In this document: piece after piece, positions 11,461 to 25,700 of the stretch
How positions within the stretch are numbered: the first letter of the stretch is position 1
Layout of the letters: the number at the start of each line of letters is the position of its first letter
Origin: Catajapyx aquilonaris
Lineage: Eukaryota
Length of the DNA: 60,573 bases
Direction of reading: 5' to 3'
NCBI GenBank assembly: GCA_000934665.2
Contig: KZ538582.1
Coordinates: 1 to 60,573 of the forward strand
Position numbers and translations under genes: made by a program
Notes under the pieces: model-generated
Seen by the model: only the letters and a program-made list of their open reading frames with translations
Told to the model about the DNA's origin: nothing
Database searches by the model: none

Positions 11461-14400
11461 TATGACTCGGTTTTTGAGCAGAAAATTGTCTACCAGTATG
11501 ACTATGAATAAGTTGCCAAAATGATCCATTTTTGTTGAGTGTTGACTGGAGAATTCATCAGTAGTGACATTCATTAAATATGCCAATTATTGCCAACGAG
11601 TTGTAACAATGGCAATTGCAAACATCGCGGATTATCCGTCATGAATATTTTTTTTACATACGTCTACTTTGAGATTTTATATTACGTGTTCATACACTGA
11701 CCACCTGTTGAATTAGAGGCGCACACAATTAATCCAATTATTTCAGAAAATGTGTGTGAAATAAGCCACAATCTGGGTGATATCCGTGATACTTATAACC
11801 ACCTGTTACATACGACATTCAGTACTATTTTCTGAAAAATGACTTTGCGATTTTAACTGAGTCGAATGTTGTTGACGTCCACTGGTACCTGTTGTAGTTC
11901 AGTTAGGGTCGATCAACAGTAGTTTTGATCATTTTGAATATTTATAAACTCAGCTTATTATCCGAATTATGACACTTGAGGATTGTCACTTGCAGTTTAT
12001 TTTTAGTTCGGGTATTATATTGCACATCCCTTCTCAATGAGCCCACACATTAAGGAACCACTCCCAGCTGCTTGTCTTGGTCAGACCTTCTTTAGGCCAC
12101 GGCTACTGCGTGGGTAGGCGATCACGTTGGCACCACTGTCTCTTGGCCTCATGAAAGAATGCAGCCAACCCTGAGCCTGAGGAGAGAGGTCGGTTGTGGC
12201 ACACCAAACACGATTTCTGCCTTGCGAAACCCACCCCCACTACAAACCCTCCATCAAATAGCAACTGATGAATCTATATGAAAAAAAAGTTTGAGGAAAC
12301 CCACTGTCAGACTATAGTCAAGGATGTGCAGAAATAGCAGTGATGGGCAAGAAATTCTTTAGCCTATTATTTCTATTAATAGACATTGTGTGGTTATTTG
12401 TCTGGTACATATGCTGAAAATGGTTACTAGTGTCATCGTTCTTATGTGTAGATGACCTCAGTCTCCCACGTGCGTGATTTCACCTCGGACTGAGGCAGGG
12501 AACAAGGTCATCCTGCTTGGCCAAGTCTTCCTTGGGAATGATGCGGCCGTGTAGTTAACTTTGCGGACAAACAATTGCTAACTGGCATATCTAACTATTT
12601 ATTATCTGAACATCATGACGAAAAAAAAATATTGTTGACATTGTTTCATAACAAGAGAAACCAGGCCATGGCTTCTGACATTTTGAGTTTTAATTTAAAA
12701 AAATGACAGAATGAATGACATGCATTGTGTTTCTGATCAATTTTTTTTGTGCAAAATAGTTTTGTTGATATCATCATAATAGTTGAAGCATGAACCGTGC
12801 TATTGCATCTTCCAGATGGTATTTTCACTTGTGCAATAGTCCTTATCAGCAGTTGAAGTCATCCATTCTTGGTGTGACGTGATTTTCACTGTTGCGAAAT
12901 ACCGTAACATCCAAAAAGGCTTTATAACTTTCTTCAGAAGCAGTCAGCATCGTTCAGCTCGGGAAGTACCATAACTTTCCGGCCACTAGCAAGTGCAAAA
13001 AAAAATCGCAAAAAAAACTCATGTGAACGCCCTCACTTAATTTTTGAAGATGGGAGATGGTCGTTGTAGCATATTTAGCGCCTCTTTTTTTTGTCTACTC
13101 TGATGTAACCGCAGAACGGTCAGTGCTCTTCTGAGATAACCACGAGTGTGGACCGGACCAGAAATTTTACTTTTTCAAGCATATATACCTTCCTCCTTTT
13201 TTAAAAAAAACGAAAGGAACATGATCATCATCTCTTAGGAAAAGCCCAAACAAAAAGAAGGCGCTCACTAACCCACATTCTTACCTGGTGGGAATTGCAA
13301 CTATGTAATACCCATAAACCAACGGGTCATTATTGCCGTGATGAAACATCATTACTCATGTGTCCTACACTTGTAAAGCATCTGTATAGGGTGTATAACA
13401 ATGTGCAGAAATAGCCGGGATGATACCGCTTGCGACCTTTCAGTTGACAACTTGTGGTGTCCGTGTCCACCGGACCGCAACTCAACAAAAGCATCTCAGA
13501 ATGAAGGAGAAGTGTTTCTTTATGGAGGTGGTCACACACCAGTTCGGTAGGGGCCAATCACCTTGCCAAGTTCACGGGCGTTCCGCTTGGAGAAAATAAG
13601 CAAGAGAAGAAGAAGAAAAAAAAAAGGAGAATGAAGGGGGGATTTTAAATGGAGGATTTTTCTTGAAGAGGGGGGGGGGGGCACAGNGGGGGGGCACAGT
13701 CTGTAGGGAATAAGTCCGGGGGAAACATGGCGTGTAGATCGGTGTTGCGAAGCACTCGCAAAAATCAGCCAACCCACCACTTTGCAGTGCACGCGAATTG
13801 TGCCCAACCATGATGGATCGCCCTTTTTTTATGATGGGTTGTAATGCATTGTTTTACGACCCAGAGGTAATGCTGGTTCCACCACTGACTGGAGTGCTTG
13901 TTTATTTTAATTTTATGTACATAATATACCTTGGACGGTGACAGTGCCATGTAATGTATAGCTTACTCTTTAACATATTGTTACATGTAGTCATGTACTG
14001 TCTTGGATGATCAATATTCTGGATCAAATTACAGCACATATTTTAAAATCATCTCCCGAAATGTACTGTCAATTAACATTGAATTGTATCCAATATTGAA
14101 TAGTAATGCAAAAATAGTAACATTGCATCTGACTGTGAGAATGTTACGTACTATTTCGGAATACCTGTTTAAAATATGCTTCGGGTATGATTTCCCAATT
14201 TATTATGGCAATTGACATAAATAAATAAATAAATGGCGATGAAATGACAGTTGACTGGCACGACTTGTATTCAGATTTTTAAATAGTAAAATTAATATTA
14301 AATAATGGCATTCATGCTCAGACGTGTCTGACACTGTGCAATCTGACACACTGAATTTACCAGTTGTTCGTGTCAGTATTAGGTCAAAGTGTTGCAACTA

Positions 14401-16642
14401 GGTATTGTATGTGCAGCAATCGTTTAATCATACTTGACACGTTATGAGAAAATATCATTTGAAGCACTTGCGTATATACATATGTTCTGTAACAGTATAA
14501 AAGCCATCCATACACATTCCACGACGGTTGTATTCATACGGGTGACGACTTAGCATGAACAGTTAGGCCTTTTCTTGGCTGGCCCATTAACGGTGAACGT
14601 ATCCCAACGGTGGACCTATATAATATTGGCTCTCGATATAAACTGTGAAAGGAAAATCCTCGTGTCCAATGCAGCATACTCCGGATTTGAAGAGGTCACA
14701 ACGGAAATGCTGGTATTACTGTATACTGCCAGCCCTGTAACTAATATTTTTGGTTGCACCCAAAAGAATTTCCTCAGAGAATATTACCCATGCGTGTTAT
14801 TTGTCTGTTGTTTACTAATACGGGAGGCGTTCTGTTCAAACTTCCGATTTCCCACCGAGGCTTTAGTCTTGCCCAAACTGCGAAATGGAAAATTTTCTCT
14901 TTCACAATCCGGTGTTACCATTATGTATGGTTTTATACCATTTTGCTTCATGCTTCTTGCTCTTCATTGCGCCAAATTGCGGTCTTTTTTTCTCCTACCA
15001 CCCCCCATCCACCCCTTTTTTGCGATTTTTTTTTCGGTCGTCTCTTTTGCCTCTATTTCGCTATTAAGCTATGGGAGACTTGAACGATGGAAGCGCGAAG
15101 CAGCAAACTAGCCTTTTGCCCGTTTGAAGAAGTAGAACGCAAACTTTTCCTGATTTGCAGTGACACGCAAAAGTTCACAAGTGTATAAAAAGGGGGGTTC
15201 TAACTGGAATTAACCCAAGGTTACGGGCTACTTATTCCGGCCTGTACCCAAGTCGTGGCTGGGTCTTGAGAAATGTTTGCATGTGCCAATGTTTTTGCCC
15301 AGCTTTTTATTGACAGCTGAAACAATGCAATGCTACAATATCTCGCAATCACAGCTCTCAAAAAAGGAATGGAGCCTGCCATAAACCTGTGACTAAATAT
15401 TATATATGATTTTACATCACGGAAATGATGAACATTGCGATGAGTTTTATGGGACACAATTTGTATGTCACTTGCTGGTTGAACGTCAACCAGCAAGTGA
15501 CAAATGTATATTACAACCAAATGAATTGGTTGTAGTCTAATATAAATATGAATTGTGGCATATATTAATATTTCGTAGATGGAATTTTTGAACGAGTTCT
15601 ATGAAATATAGCCTATCTGACGTGATAATGGTTCAAATATTTTTGCATAATATACAACCTGTACGTCAGCAACGGTTAAATAAATAAATAACAAAGCAAA
15701 ATATACAGCAAAACAAAATTAAGCAACAATATAACCACAATAAAATTCGTAATACTAGAACAAAAATTAATTAGATAATTTTAGCCACAATTTCAGCAAG
15801 TGACAATCCACTATAAGTGTCATCAGGAACTACAATATTAAATTAATTTTAGAGCATTGAGCATTTTTAAAAATATCATAGTAGCACTTTCAATAATTTG
15901 GAAGGCTCATTGTCCTATGTGTATATAGCAAAGGTCTAGGCGTCGGGAAAAAATCGCGCCTATAAGCAGAAAATTACTTCATCATATTGCATCAGCATTT
16001 CGTGGCTATAAAACGCATGGAAAATGGTTCCATTATTGCAGCCCTTTTATTGACGCGTTTCATGGGCTGCTTTTGTCCGTAAAGTCGTAAGCGGCATGGA
16101 CACCTCCAGTCATCCAAATCCCTCCGAGAAATTCCTGAGGGAGAAAGCTCCACAAGTGCATAATGACCATTATGCGTCTCTATCTAGGCAGGTCCTTACC
16201 GCAAAAATATTCCAAACAATGACAATGCCAAGTATCCGCTCCCGATATGGTGTACCAGACCCCTCCTCATGAGTGATTCATCCCCTGCCCCTTCCGCATT
16301 CTCGACACTCTCAGACAAGGCCACATTTTGTCAATACCCCCGCAATAAACAAGTAAAAGGTCAGGATTAGTTTCACATCCGAATTGGCTGGGAAGTTGAC
16401 CTCTATGGAATCGAGAACGTGTGTGTTTATTTGATATACACCCACCAAAAAAAAAAAGTAAGATGAGTCTGTCAAACAATATTTTTCCGTGGGACAGGCG
16501 TGTGGGATTATGTACAGTTATGGCGTTAATGACGACGACGCCTTAATAGGAGGAGTAGTCTTATTATTACATGGCGTGATGGACAATGCATTTTTATGGG
16601 CCCCCGCTTCTAACCCGTTTTTGGTCTTCGTTTCAGGTCACC

Positions 16643-16711
16643 ATGTTGACGAGGTTATGGCCCGCCTTTCTGGTGGCCGTTCTGCAGGCAGCCTCCGTCA
16701 TACAAGCCCAG
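16643..16711 (+). CDS. uif: uif signal-peptide exon (not in the ORF track)
   Basis: tttcag|gtcaccATG; encodes [23 protein letters not shown]; donor CAG|gtaaga, phase 0. Confidence 0.88.
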
Positions 16712-19700
16712 GTAAGATATGGTGTGCACTCGCATTTATAAATAGCGCACAACAATGCACAAGTAGTGTGTACTGAAAAATAATTAGGCAAAAAAGCGCA
16801 TGACTGTCCACTGTGCAATAACAAGTGCGATGTAGGCAATTTATGTGGAATTAATTTTTAATGCCAGTAATAGCAATGAAACAATGAAATTTAAATAAAT
16901 AAATAAATAAATAAAATGGAGAGTTTTTCCTGGAGTGGACACATGTGTATTGCTGAATTTTTAGTGTCTGATTTTAGTGTAGTGATTTATATTGATTTTT
17001 AAATTTCTGTGGGTCGAATTTTCCATGAATTTTCGTTCCACTGCTAGTTACTACTAACTTAGTCATACAAGTGTTAGCGCTGATACTGCTAAGTTAGCAG
17101 TAACTATAGCAGTGGACGAAAATTCGACCCCATATTTTTAGTAGTTCTGTCGTACATTAAAACTTGTTCAGTATCAAATTTTTTAAAATAAATGTCAGCA
17201 GTTTCTACATTTTAATTATTGAAGGATTAGATGCTGGGTTGTATAGCCTATACTTCACGATAATTGCAATACAACTCTCCCCAACAGAGTCGCTAATTAT
17301 TACCCTACCACACTTCTTTTTCCACGCAATTAATAAAAGTGTAAATATGAAAATCAGCTTCTGGCTACAATCAGCAATAAGCTAAAGGCGGTGAAGTCAA
17401 TCGTTTTCTAATCACTCAAATTTGCTTTCTCCTATATACGCTAATTAATCGCTTCCGTTTCTCTAATTTTTTTACAGGACTCAAGACTGTTTCACTGCCA
17501 AGATGGTGAGTAACACGCTTATGTCACTCGTATTTCATCTCTTTAAATATAAATTGCTGGTTTTGAGGTGTGTTAGAATATGAAGTGTGGGTTACTAAGA
17601 ATGACTGTTAGCCAGGCGAAAGCTGATGAGAAAAAAAAAATGTATAAAAAAGATGAGGCCAGGATGTTGCGGCATCACGTCACGATGAACCTCCTTTGCT
17701 TCGAGTACAGTTACGTTCATTTGATGCAGAGCCCACCCGACTGCATAACGTTCCTCTCATTCTTGTGTGTACTGCATACAGCGTATTACGGAAGAAGAGA
17801 GGGAAAAATAATAAAAATATGAGGGACCTTGCAATGAGGATTTGGGTCAGGGTTGTATACTGGACATGGTCACAACCTTCGTCTTATAATTTTTGTGGGA
17901 ATTTTTAGCTCCATGTAGCGTATGTGTTAGCTTTTTTTTTTAAAAAAAATGATAATCGCATATCTGGATAATTGCATCAACTGTATGCAATTAAGCAGCA
18001 CAGTCCATACTCGACGAAAGGATGGGTCAAAAACCGTATATATTTCCTGCTTTCTCTGCCAAACAATCAATCTGTAATTCAAAATGGCTCGCGACTTCCT
18101 CCACCTTCATATTGTCTCGTGTCTTTCAAAAACAAAACAAAAAAAAGTCCAGAAGTATTGTCACAACTAGCCCTGCCAACGTAACTTATAATTCATCCTG
18201 CGATTGTTTGTAACCAGACTGTACCTTGAGATAACTGCAATTGGAAAGTGCTCCTCCGCCTTAGGGTAGTGCAAGAAAGAGATTGCGACATGACCAAAGA
18301 GGGCACTGCTGCTGGGAAAATAATGTCATAATGTGCTGTCACTAAGAAATTGGGTCAAAAAAATCGCAGGAAATTCAGGAAGTGCTTGGATTTTTCAGTA
18401 AAATGGCAAAAAAAAATCAAGATTGGGGGGAATATACCATTATTATATTGTACTTTTTTTTGATGCGGATATGGGTGTGCTGGCCAAGCTGATCGGACAC
18501 GGAAGAGCAGTCATTTGCCAATTGGGGAAGGAATTTGTCGAGTTAAAGCCCGTGAAAACTAGCCTGGAAAATATATGTGGGACCAATTCAGCAGGAGACG
18601 GCTCTAAAATCGCTTCAAAAATATTTTTTTTAAATAATAAAAAATCACGGAAGTACCAGCTGATTTTTCGCACTTTGCTGTAATTTTTGTTATAAACATT
18701 ATGTGCTGTTAACTGCAGCGTAATAGTTTTTGAATGAGGTCGGTTGTCAGCTTTGTTGCCGTGTTTTGTTGGTTACTGCTTTTTAATTGCACCTCTCTAA
18801 AGCTGTAATTTACGTGGCAGCCAGGAGCTATCGGCTGCATACTTCCGGTCTCACCGACGCCATTCTTGTTATTATTGTAATTTTTAAAAAAATAAAGGGA
18901 TGTGTTATAATCGTGGGAAAGTATATTAACCTTGTTTAGATGAAGGCATTTCATAATTTACCATTGTAGGCTATAGTTACATATTTGGCTATCAGTAATT
19001 ATGACACTAGTTATGAATCACAAAACAACGGTCACTATACTTATATAGTTGAGGCTTGAGGTTCGCAAGTTTATCTCTGTAATATTATCTTCGATCAGGA
19101 ATTATTTGATATAAGTGTATGGTTCGTATCATATACATCTGACCATATTGTAGATCTTCTCCTATCAGTTAATATTACACTATTATCTGCCACGTAGTAC
19201 ACACGTTATAACCATTAAATGCTGTTTATGAGCCTATGGTCCAACGACGATGATAGGCCTGGCAGTAAACACGAGTTGAACCGAAATATTGGACACACTG
19301 TTGTTATCCTAGCACAGATTGCATTACAAATTTTTCAACGAAAAAATACAGAGTGCGTGCAGTACGCAACAAGTAATTTTCCCGTCTCTTTGAAAGTTGG
19401 TGAAAGTATTCCCCATTTAGGCACATTACTCATCCGTACCGAATGGCAAGATCTGTTGCACAAACAGCCGAAAGACGTCGGTCGGTCGGTCGGTCTCTCA
19501 AAAACGTAACCCGTGGACAACTTTAAACCCTCCCTTTCTCTTTAAACTCTCTTGTGTTTGTCTATATACCTTCAATTTGAGTCGGGTGGAAAGAAAGTGG
19601 GACACATGCTCAATACTCGTGTACAATTCGCGCCTCGTCATGACTTAGAAAAAAAAAGTGTCCTCTACAACAGGTGTCCAATCAGTTGACCCAATACGAC

Positions 19701-22700
19701 CTCAACAAATATTATAATGGCATATGGCGAATGTAGCATAATGGCACACACTTGAATTTAAATGGCGTAAATAATAAGGCATATAATAAATTAAAATAAA
19801 TTTGTAGCCTAAACTGCAATGGTGTATAATGAAACGAAATAAATTCCCAACATTAAAAATATTGCTAAGTTCTGCACTGAAGCAAAATAAATTATTAATT
19901 ATAATATATAATGCAATATATGCTAAAATAAACTTAATGTAAAGTTTGGGAAAGGAAAGCTGTGACGAAGGATGTTTCGAAGATGCTGCTCCATATTGTT
20001 CAAAACGAAAGCTCCGTTTCTTGAACTTTCTGCGCGTTAACAATGTGTTGTTAATACCGCAGCCAGTTCCCATCCGGTTATTCTCCATCAGAGCGGAACG
20101 GAATTTTGGATATTCCGCCATTAACGTCTTGCGATTTTTTGAGAGGAATCGGAATTTCTATTACCTCCCCCCCAACAACAACAAAAAAAGTACGGCCGGA
20201 AATGTAATTGCGTCATGTCTCATTGTTAATAGGATTGTTTTGGTCAGTTTTGTTGGGCCTTCCGGACACCTGAACCTCAATACCTGATGGTGAACGATTA
20301 TTATGAGGCCATCTATTCAGGGCATGTGGCTTTTGTACTAGGCCAGGGCATGGAATATTTTCTAACTGGAGGTGTAATCACGGCTTGGAATCAATCACGG
20401 ACATAATTAGGGCTGCTAGTTTTCTCCTGAGTGGTTTTGTGCTGCCGGAAAGGTTGTAATAATTATAACCATGCAGCACCTTTGAATGGCCATGCTTGCA
20501 TACAATGGTGTGAGCGCCATAAAAGGGATTGAACTGGGCAATGTTTATAATCTATGATTTTTAAAATACCAATTAATGCATCATAAATCAAATTGAGTGC
20601 ATTTTTTCCTTGGAAATATTAACATTATGGCACATGTTCCCGAGAAAAAGTAACAGTAAGCACCGGCAGATTCACTAGATTCCACATTTGCAGAAGCCAT
20701 GTAAGCTCTAATGTGAGAAAAGCACACCAAAAAAAATTGCATTAATTAAAACACCACTCAGCGCCCTTATAGAGCTGTTACAGTGCTTCCTTGCAAATTA
20801 TTCCAAATCAGGGGGAAAAAACCGTTTAAGTACAATGTTATTTAAAATTTCTACACAGCGTGTACACACATGGCATTTTTCTAGTAATTAGCAAACTAGA
20901 ATATTTTTGAAAGGGCCAAAACTGGTTCATAACAGAGAATGGCGTTAGACCCCATTTTATTATCACAATTTTTTTGGATAGATCACCTTGGACACTTGTT
21001 CTCTATTCGATATACCAGCACAGGGTGTGCTTACTTGCTAGTCCATTTTTTTTGGTAGGGTGTTTGAGAAATCGGTGTCAAAAACCTCTAGAGGCACCCC
21101 CACCACCTGTTGGAATGCGTGTCGCACAGGTGTGTGTACATGTATGTGTGAGTACGAGTATGTGAGTGAGGGAGGAGCCGCTTTTCTTTCTTGCGATTGG
21201 ACACGTGACCCACTTTTTTGCCCACCCAAACTGATTCATAGGTGTTTGCAATGTGTCCCACTGTGCTGGTCAGACACTCCAATCAACTCGCATGTCCTCA
21301 AAAATAAACGCGACTCATTTGTATTATATATTTTTAAAAATATATAAATAAAATTGTGTGTTTTTTTGTGTTGACCCGATATTAAGAGAGATTCCGGAGG
21401 CCCCAAGTCTCCCTAATGGGATACCTGAGAGGTGATGGAGTCCGTCAGCTCTGGAATGCTGTTGGGCCTGTCTGCATGTTTTTTTTTTTTCCTTCGTCTT
21501 TTCTTTGTGGGGTGTTCATTCTTTTGCCGCCCCGAACCTTCAGGCTACCCTCAATCAGCTCCCCCCCTCTGGAAAAGTGTTTTTGAGTCACCACTGGCCA
21601 TGGGCAATACCATGCAAAAATATTTGTGCTATACGTATGCTATGGGTAATCACGAGGTTCAGCTGTGTGTGAATTAGTGGCAAAATTATTAGTGCAAAAT
21701 TTTGTTCAAACTGTTAAGCTAAGTAGGCAGCAAAGGTGGGTAACGGACAATGCCACACACCCTAGACGAAGATGGAAGATTTGCAATAAAAAAAACCGTA
21801 ATTACTTCAATAGCTCTACACTTATCATGTCAGAAAGAGCAATGATTTGGACTACTATGTTGATGAAATTTTAATGTTTTTTCTCACTACATTCATTGCG
21901 CAATAATGCCCCCATTTCCTGGTGTTAGATTCGCTTATGGGTAACGGACCGTGTCCAAGAATCACCCTCCTGTTTCCTCCTCCTATTTCCTCTATAGCAC
22001 CCTAATCTTGATTTTAGCCAATGGTAAATTGCACCTGGAGCAACCTTTGGTCTCAGGTTACACTGTTTCAAGTGGCAATAATATTTGCGAGCTACCAGGT
22101 GTCCTTGGGTCAGAAAGTAGGGAGTGTAAATAGTGCAAATGCTTCGGGCTGTTATTTTTCCAACGTGTATTTTCCACGCAAGTCACACACTGGAAATGTC
22201 CAAACTGGTTAATGCGTTAGGGCAGGGCTGCTTAATAATTAGTAAATATATTTGGTGAGAGTTCACACGTAATTTATGTATAAAAGGACATGGAGCATTA
22301 AGTTAATAGGTAGCACTTACGTGTCCATATACAAAAATTTCTAAAAAAAAAGACCTGAACCACATACACTTTCGACGGACAGTTTTTGTTTTCAGTCGAA
22401 AAGTGAAAACTATGCTTCTGGTCGACGTGAGAAAACTATCTTTTTGAGGGCCTGCATTAATCATATCCCAAGGCTGCTCACGACCAAAGCCATGTGTTAT
22501 TTTAATAGAAACCTCATCGTGACCGTGGGGTGCTTGTTTGCGTTCGTGTATAAATTGCTATTAGCAATGTGCTATGAATGGAATCTGTTGTAAGTATTTT
22601 TTTTTTACATTCTTGTTGCAGGTTGGGAACTCCAAGGTCTGCATTGCTACAAATATTTCAGTATAAGGCATTCCTGGGAAAAAGCTGCGGCGCTTTGTAA

Positions 22701-25700
22701 AAGGTAAGTGCTTTTGATTGAATTGTCAGAATTTATAAAAATTTGTGTTATATCTGTAATCACTCAAAAAGGCAGGGAAAGTGGAAATATCGACTTTCTG
22801 CCCATTTAAAAAAAATTAAACTAAACATTGGCTGATTTTGGGGACATAATTCAAATTCAAGTGCTTTTTACTTATCGGTTTAAGTACAATCCATCAATCT
22901 TCACTTTTAATTACTCGGTTTCAGTTATCATCGTATCTTCCGCTATGTTTTAGAAGCACATTATCCACAGGCCACGCACAAAAGCGCATAATTACGTTCT
23001 ACGTACATAAATAATGCATGATCACAGTTTGATGTCACGTGGCCCAGGAAGAGTACTGTACACTGCACATTACTTTTTTTAACGTGCGTAAAAACCATAG
23101 TTCCGGAATCCCACTATGATACCAAGTGTGTAATAAATTCGCTGCATACAAAGTCCGTGGGGATTGGTCAGCAGAAAAGGAAACACTGGAGTCTCAGGAA
23201 ACGAAAAAAAAAAAAGCACCACACCTTGGTCAACGACTCCCATTTTACCGTTACAAACACTGACATGGTGTCAATTGGGTCACCTCTCTGACCTCACGGA
23301 CACAGGTCAGCGGTCCATCAGATTTTTTTTTTGTTAAACCACACTTCCATGACCACTGGACTAAATGTCTCGCAGTCCTTGGACATGACGGAAGCCAAGA
23401 AGAGAAAGAAAGAAAAAAAACAACGGAATTTTTTGTTGTTTGTTTCTTTATTTCTCGAGGCGAGTATGAAAAACGTCACGAAAGCGTCGCCTACTAGACG
23501 GGGGCTGTAAAATGTTTTGTGGGAAACGGTAGAAACCCTCAAGAAGAGTACGGTTGTGGAAGAACTCAAGAGGTAAAAGTGAGTGAAAAGAGCACCGGAC
23601 TGGAAACGGGTTAATTGGGTCCTGATGGCATGACTGAGTTCCAAGGAAATGAAAGGATGTTGCTGATATTGCAAGGTGGACACACACACGTAATGCAGAA
23701 TTACTCTGAAAAATTGTCTAAAAAGCACGAATCATTTGCTGTCAATTTTACAAAATATTTTTATGAGCAATTGAACCGATTGGTGAACAGGGCTGAATAC
23801 ATAAATGTTTAATATGATTTTGCAATTTTTTTTCGCAAAGTCCAAGGTGCCACCATGCCTGAATTTTTAAAATACATTTTTAAAATATATTTTAATGGGC
23901 TGCATGTAGCATAATGACTGAAAATTTAACTGCAGGCTTGGGTTAAACACAAGTCCGATTTGTGAATACATTGTGATTCATTTTGCAATTTTTTTTGCAA
24001 AGTCTAAAGTGCCACCAAAGCAACAGCAACCATCCTTACCAGCAGCTTCTTTGTCCCGTTACACCAAGAGGGGCCCATGTACAGCTAGGTCTAAATCGTT
24101 CTTCTGCTATAGGCTATTGAAACCCACCAAAGTGGGACTTGTAAGTGGCTAAACTAACGGTTTATTGCTGCCATGAAGAAGCCGCCATTTTTTTCCTAAA
24201 TAGTGGGATGTCACTCTTTATGAGCCTGCAATTTTACTTGTCACTTGTCTGCAGATATGGAAGCGAACTGGTGGTTATGGAGTCATATGCCATGTCCAAT
24301 TTCACACACAACCTGGCTCGAAGGTACCAGACACCAGATCAACCCTTCTTCTGGTTGGGACTCATGGCTTTGGATGACCTTCGAACCAACGCCCTCGATG
24401 CAGCCGACGGATCCTTGGTATCGCAATATGCCGGTAAGAAAAATGAAAGGCATCTTTTAGAGCAATAATCGTATTGCATGCGACCAATTGTCGACCTTGG
24501 TTTGTTCTTTCCCATGCTCCAAGGCTTCTGGGCACCGCACCAACCTGACCCCAAATCCGGAGAGTGTGTCCGAGCAGCGGTCAGAGATGGTGTCCAGTCA
24601 TGGGAGCTGTCCACCTGCGAGAGTCTACTGCCATTTGTATGCCGTGCTCCTGCGTGTCCAAATGGTAAATAAATTTAATAATAAATTGTTATTACAAATA
24701 TATAAAAATTTCGATGTCACACCTTCCTCAGGTTCCTTCCTGTGCTCAAATGGTCGTTGTCTGAACGACCGATTCAGATGCGATAAACAAGACGACTGCG
24801 GAGACGGGTCAGATGAACTCAACTGTCCTGACCTTTGTCACCATTATTTGGCCAGCAGTGGAGATGTGGTCGAGAGTCCTCAGTTTCCACAAAAGTATCC
24901 GGGATACTCAGACTGCAAATGGACACTTGAAGGTCCTCAAGGAAGCAACATTGTCTTGCAGGTATACACGTCCGTCATGTCGTGCCGCTATATGGAAAGA
25001 AGCAGCGTGCGCCATCCTTCTAAATTTTCAATTAATTTTATTACACTTGATCAAACTATAATTGCGGGTGATTCCCGCGAGTTTTGTGAATGACTCACGT
25101 GCGTCGTGCGATTTTTAGTACAAGGAGAATCATGCGGCCAATTTTTTCGCGAATATGTCTGAGGGCGCGGCGTCCTTCGCGAATTGCTAATTGGAAATTA
25201 TCTGCAGGGGTTCACGCCCTTTCTGGCATTGAAGAGTCCGAAAGAAGGGATAATGAGCTTCATGAAAAGCACGATGAGGATATTTTTGGAGCTTGACCTC
25301 TTTTTTTTTTGTAGTTCTCCGAGTTTGACACCGAGAAGAACTTTGACACGGTGCAAATACTTGGTGGAGGCAAAACTGAGGACACGGCGGTCAGCTTGGC
25401 CATCCTTTCTGGACGACCTAATGTGACCTCCCAGCTCTTTGTCTCTGCGTCCAACTTCATGATCATCAAGTTCAGATCGGATGGATCAGTGGAACGGAGA
25501 GGATTCAGGTACAGTACATGTCTCATAGATGGAGCATCCGCCCTCTGTACACTCCCGCCACTTGTGGGATCGTGCGAGCAGTAGTGGTACTATCAGCTCG
25601 GACAAACAATTAGCTTCCCTCTAAATAAACAAATGTTTTTAATGCATTTTTCAGAGCATCTTGGAAGACCGAGCCTCAGGATTGTGGTGGTGACCTCCGA

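Noticed and set aside
14575..15111. 178-aa hydrophobic ORF as a membrane protein or uif signal exon
   Set aside because: Hydrophobicity comes from T-rich low complexity, the start is TTG, and the true signal exon is at 16643.
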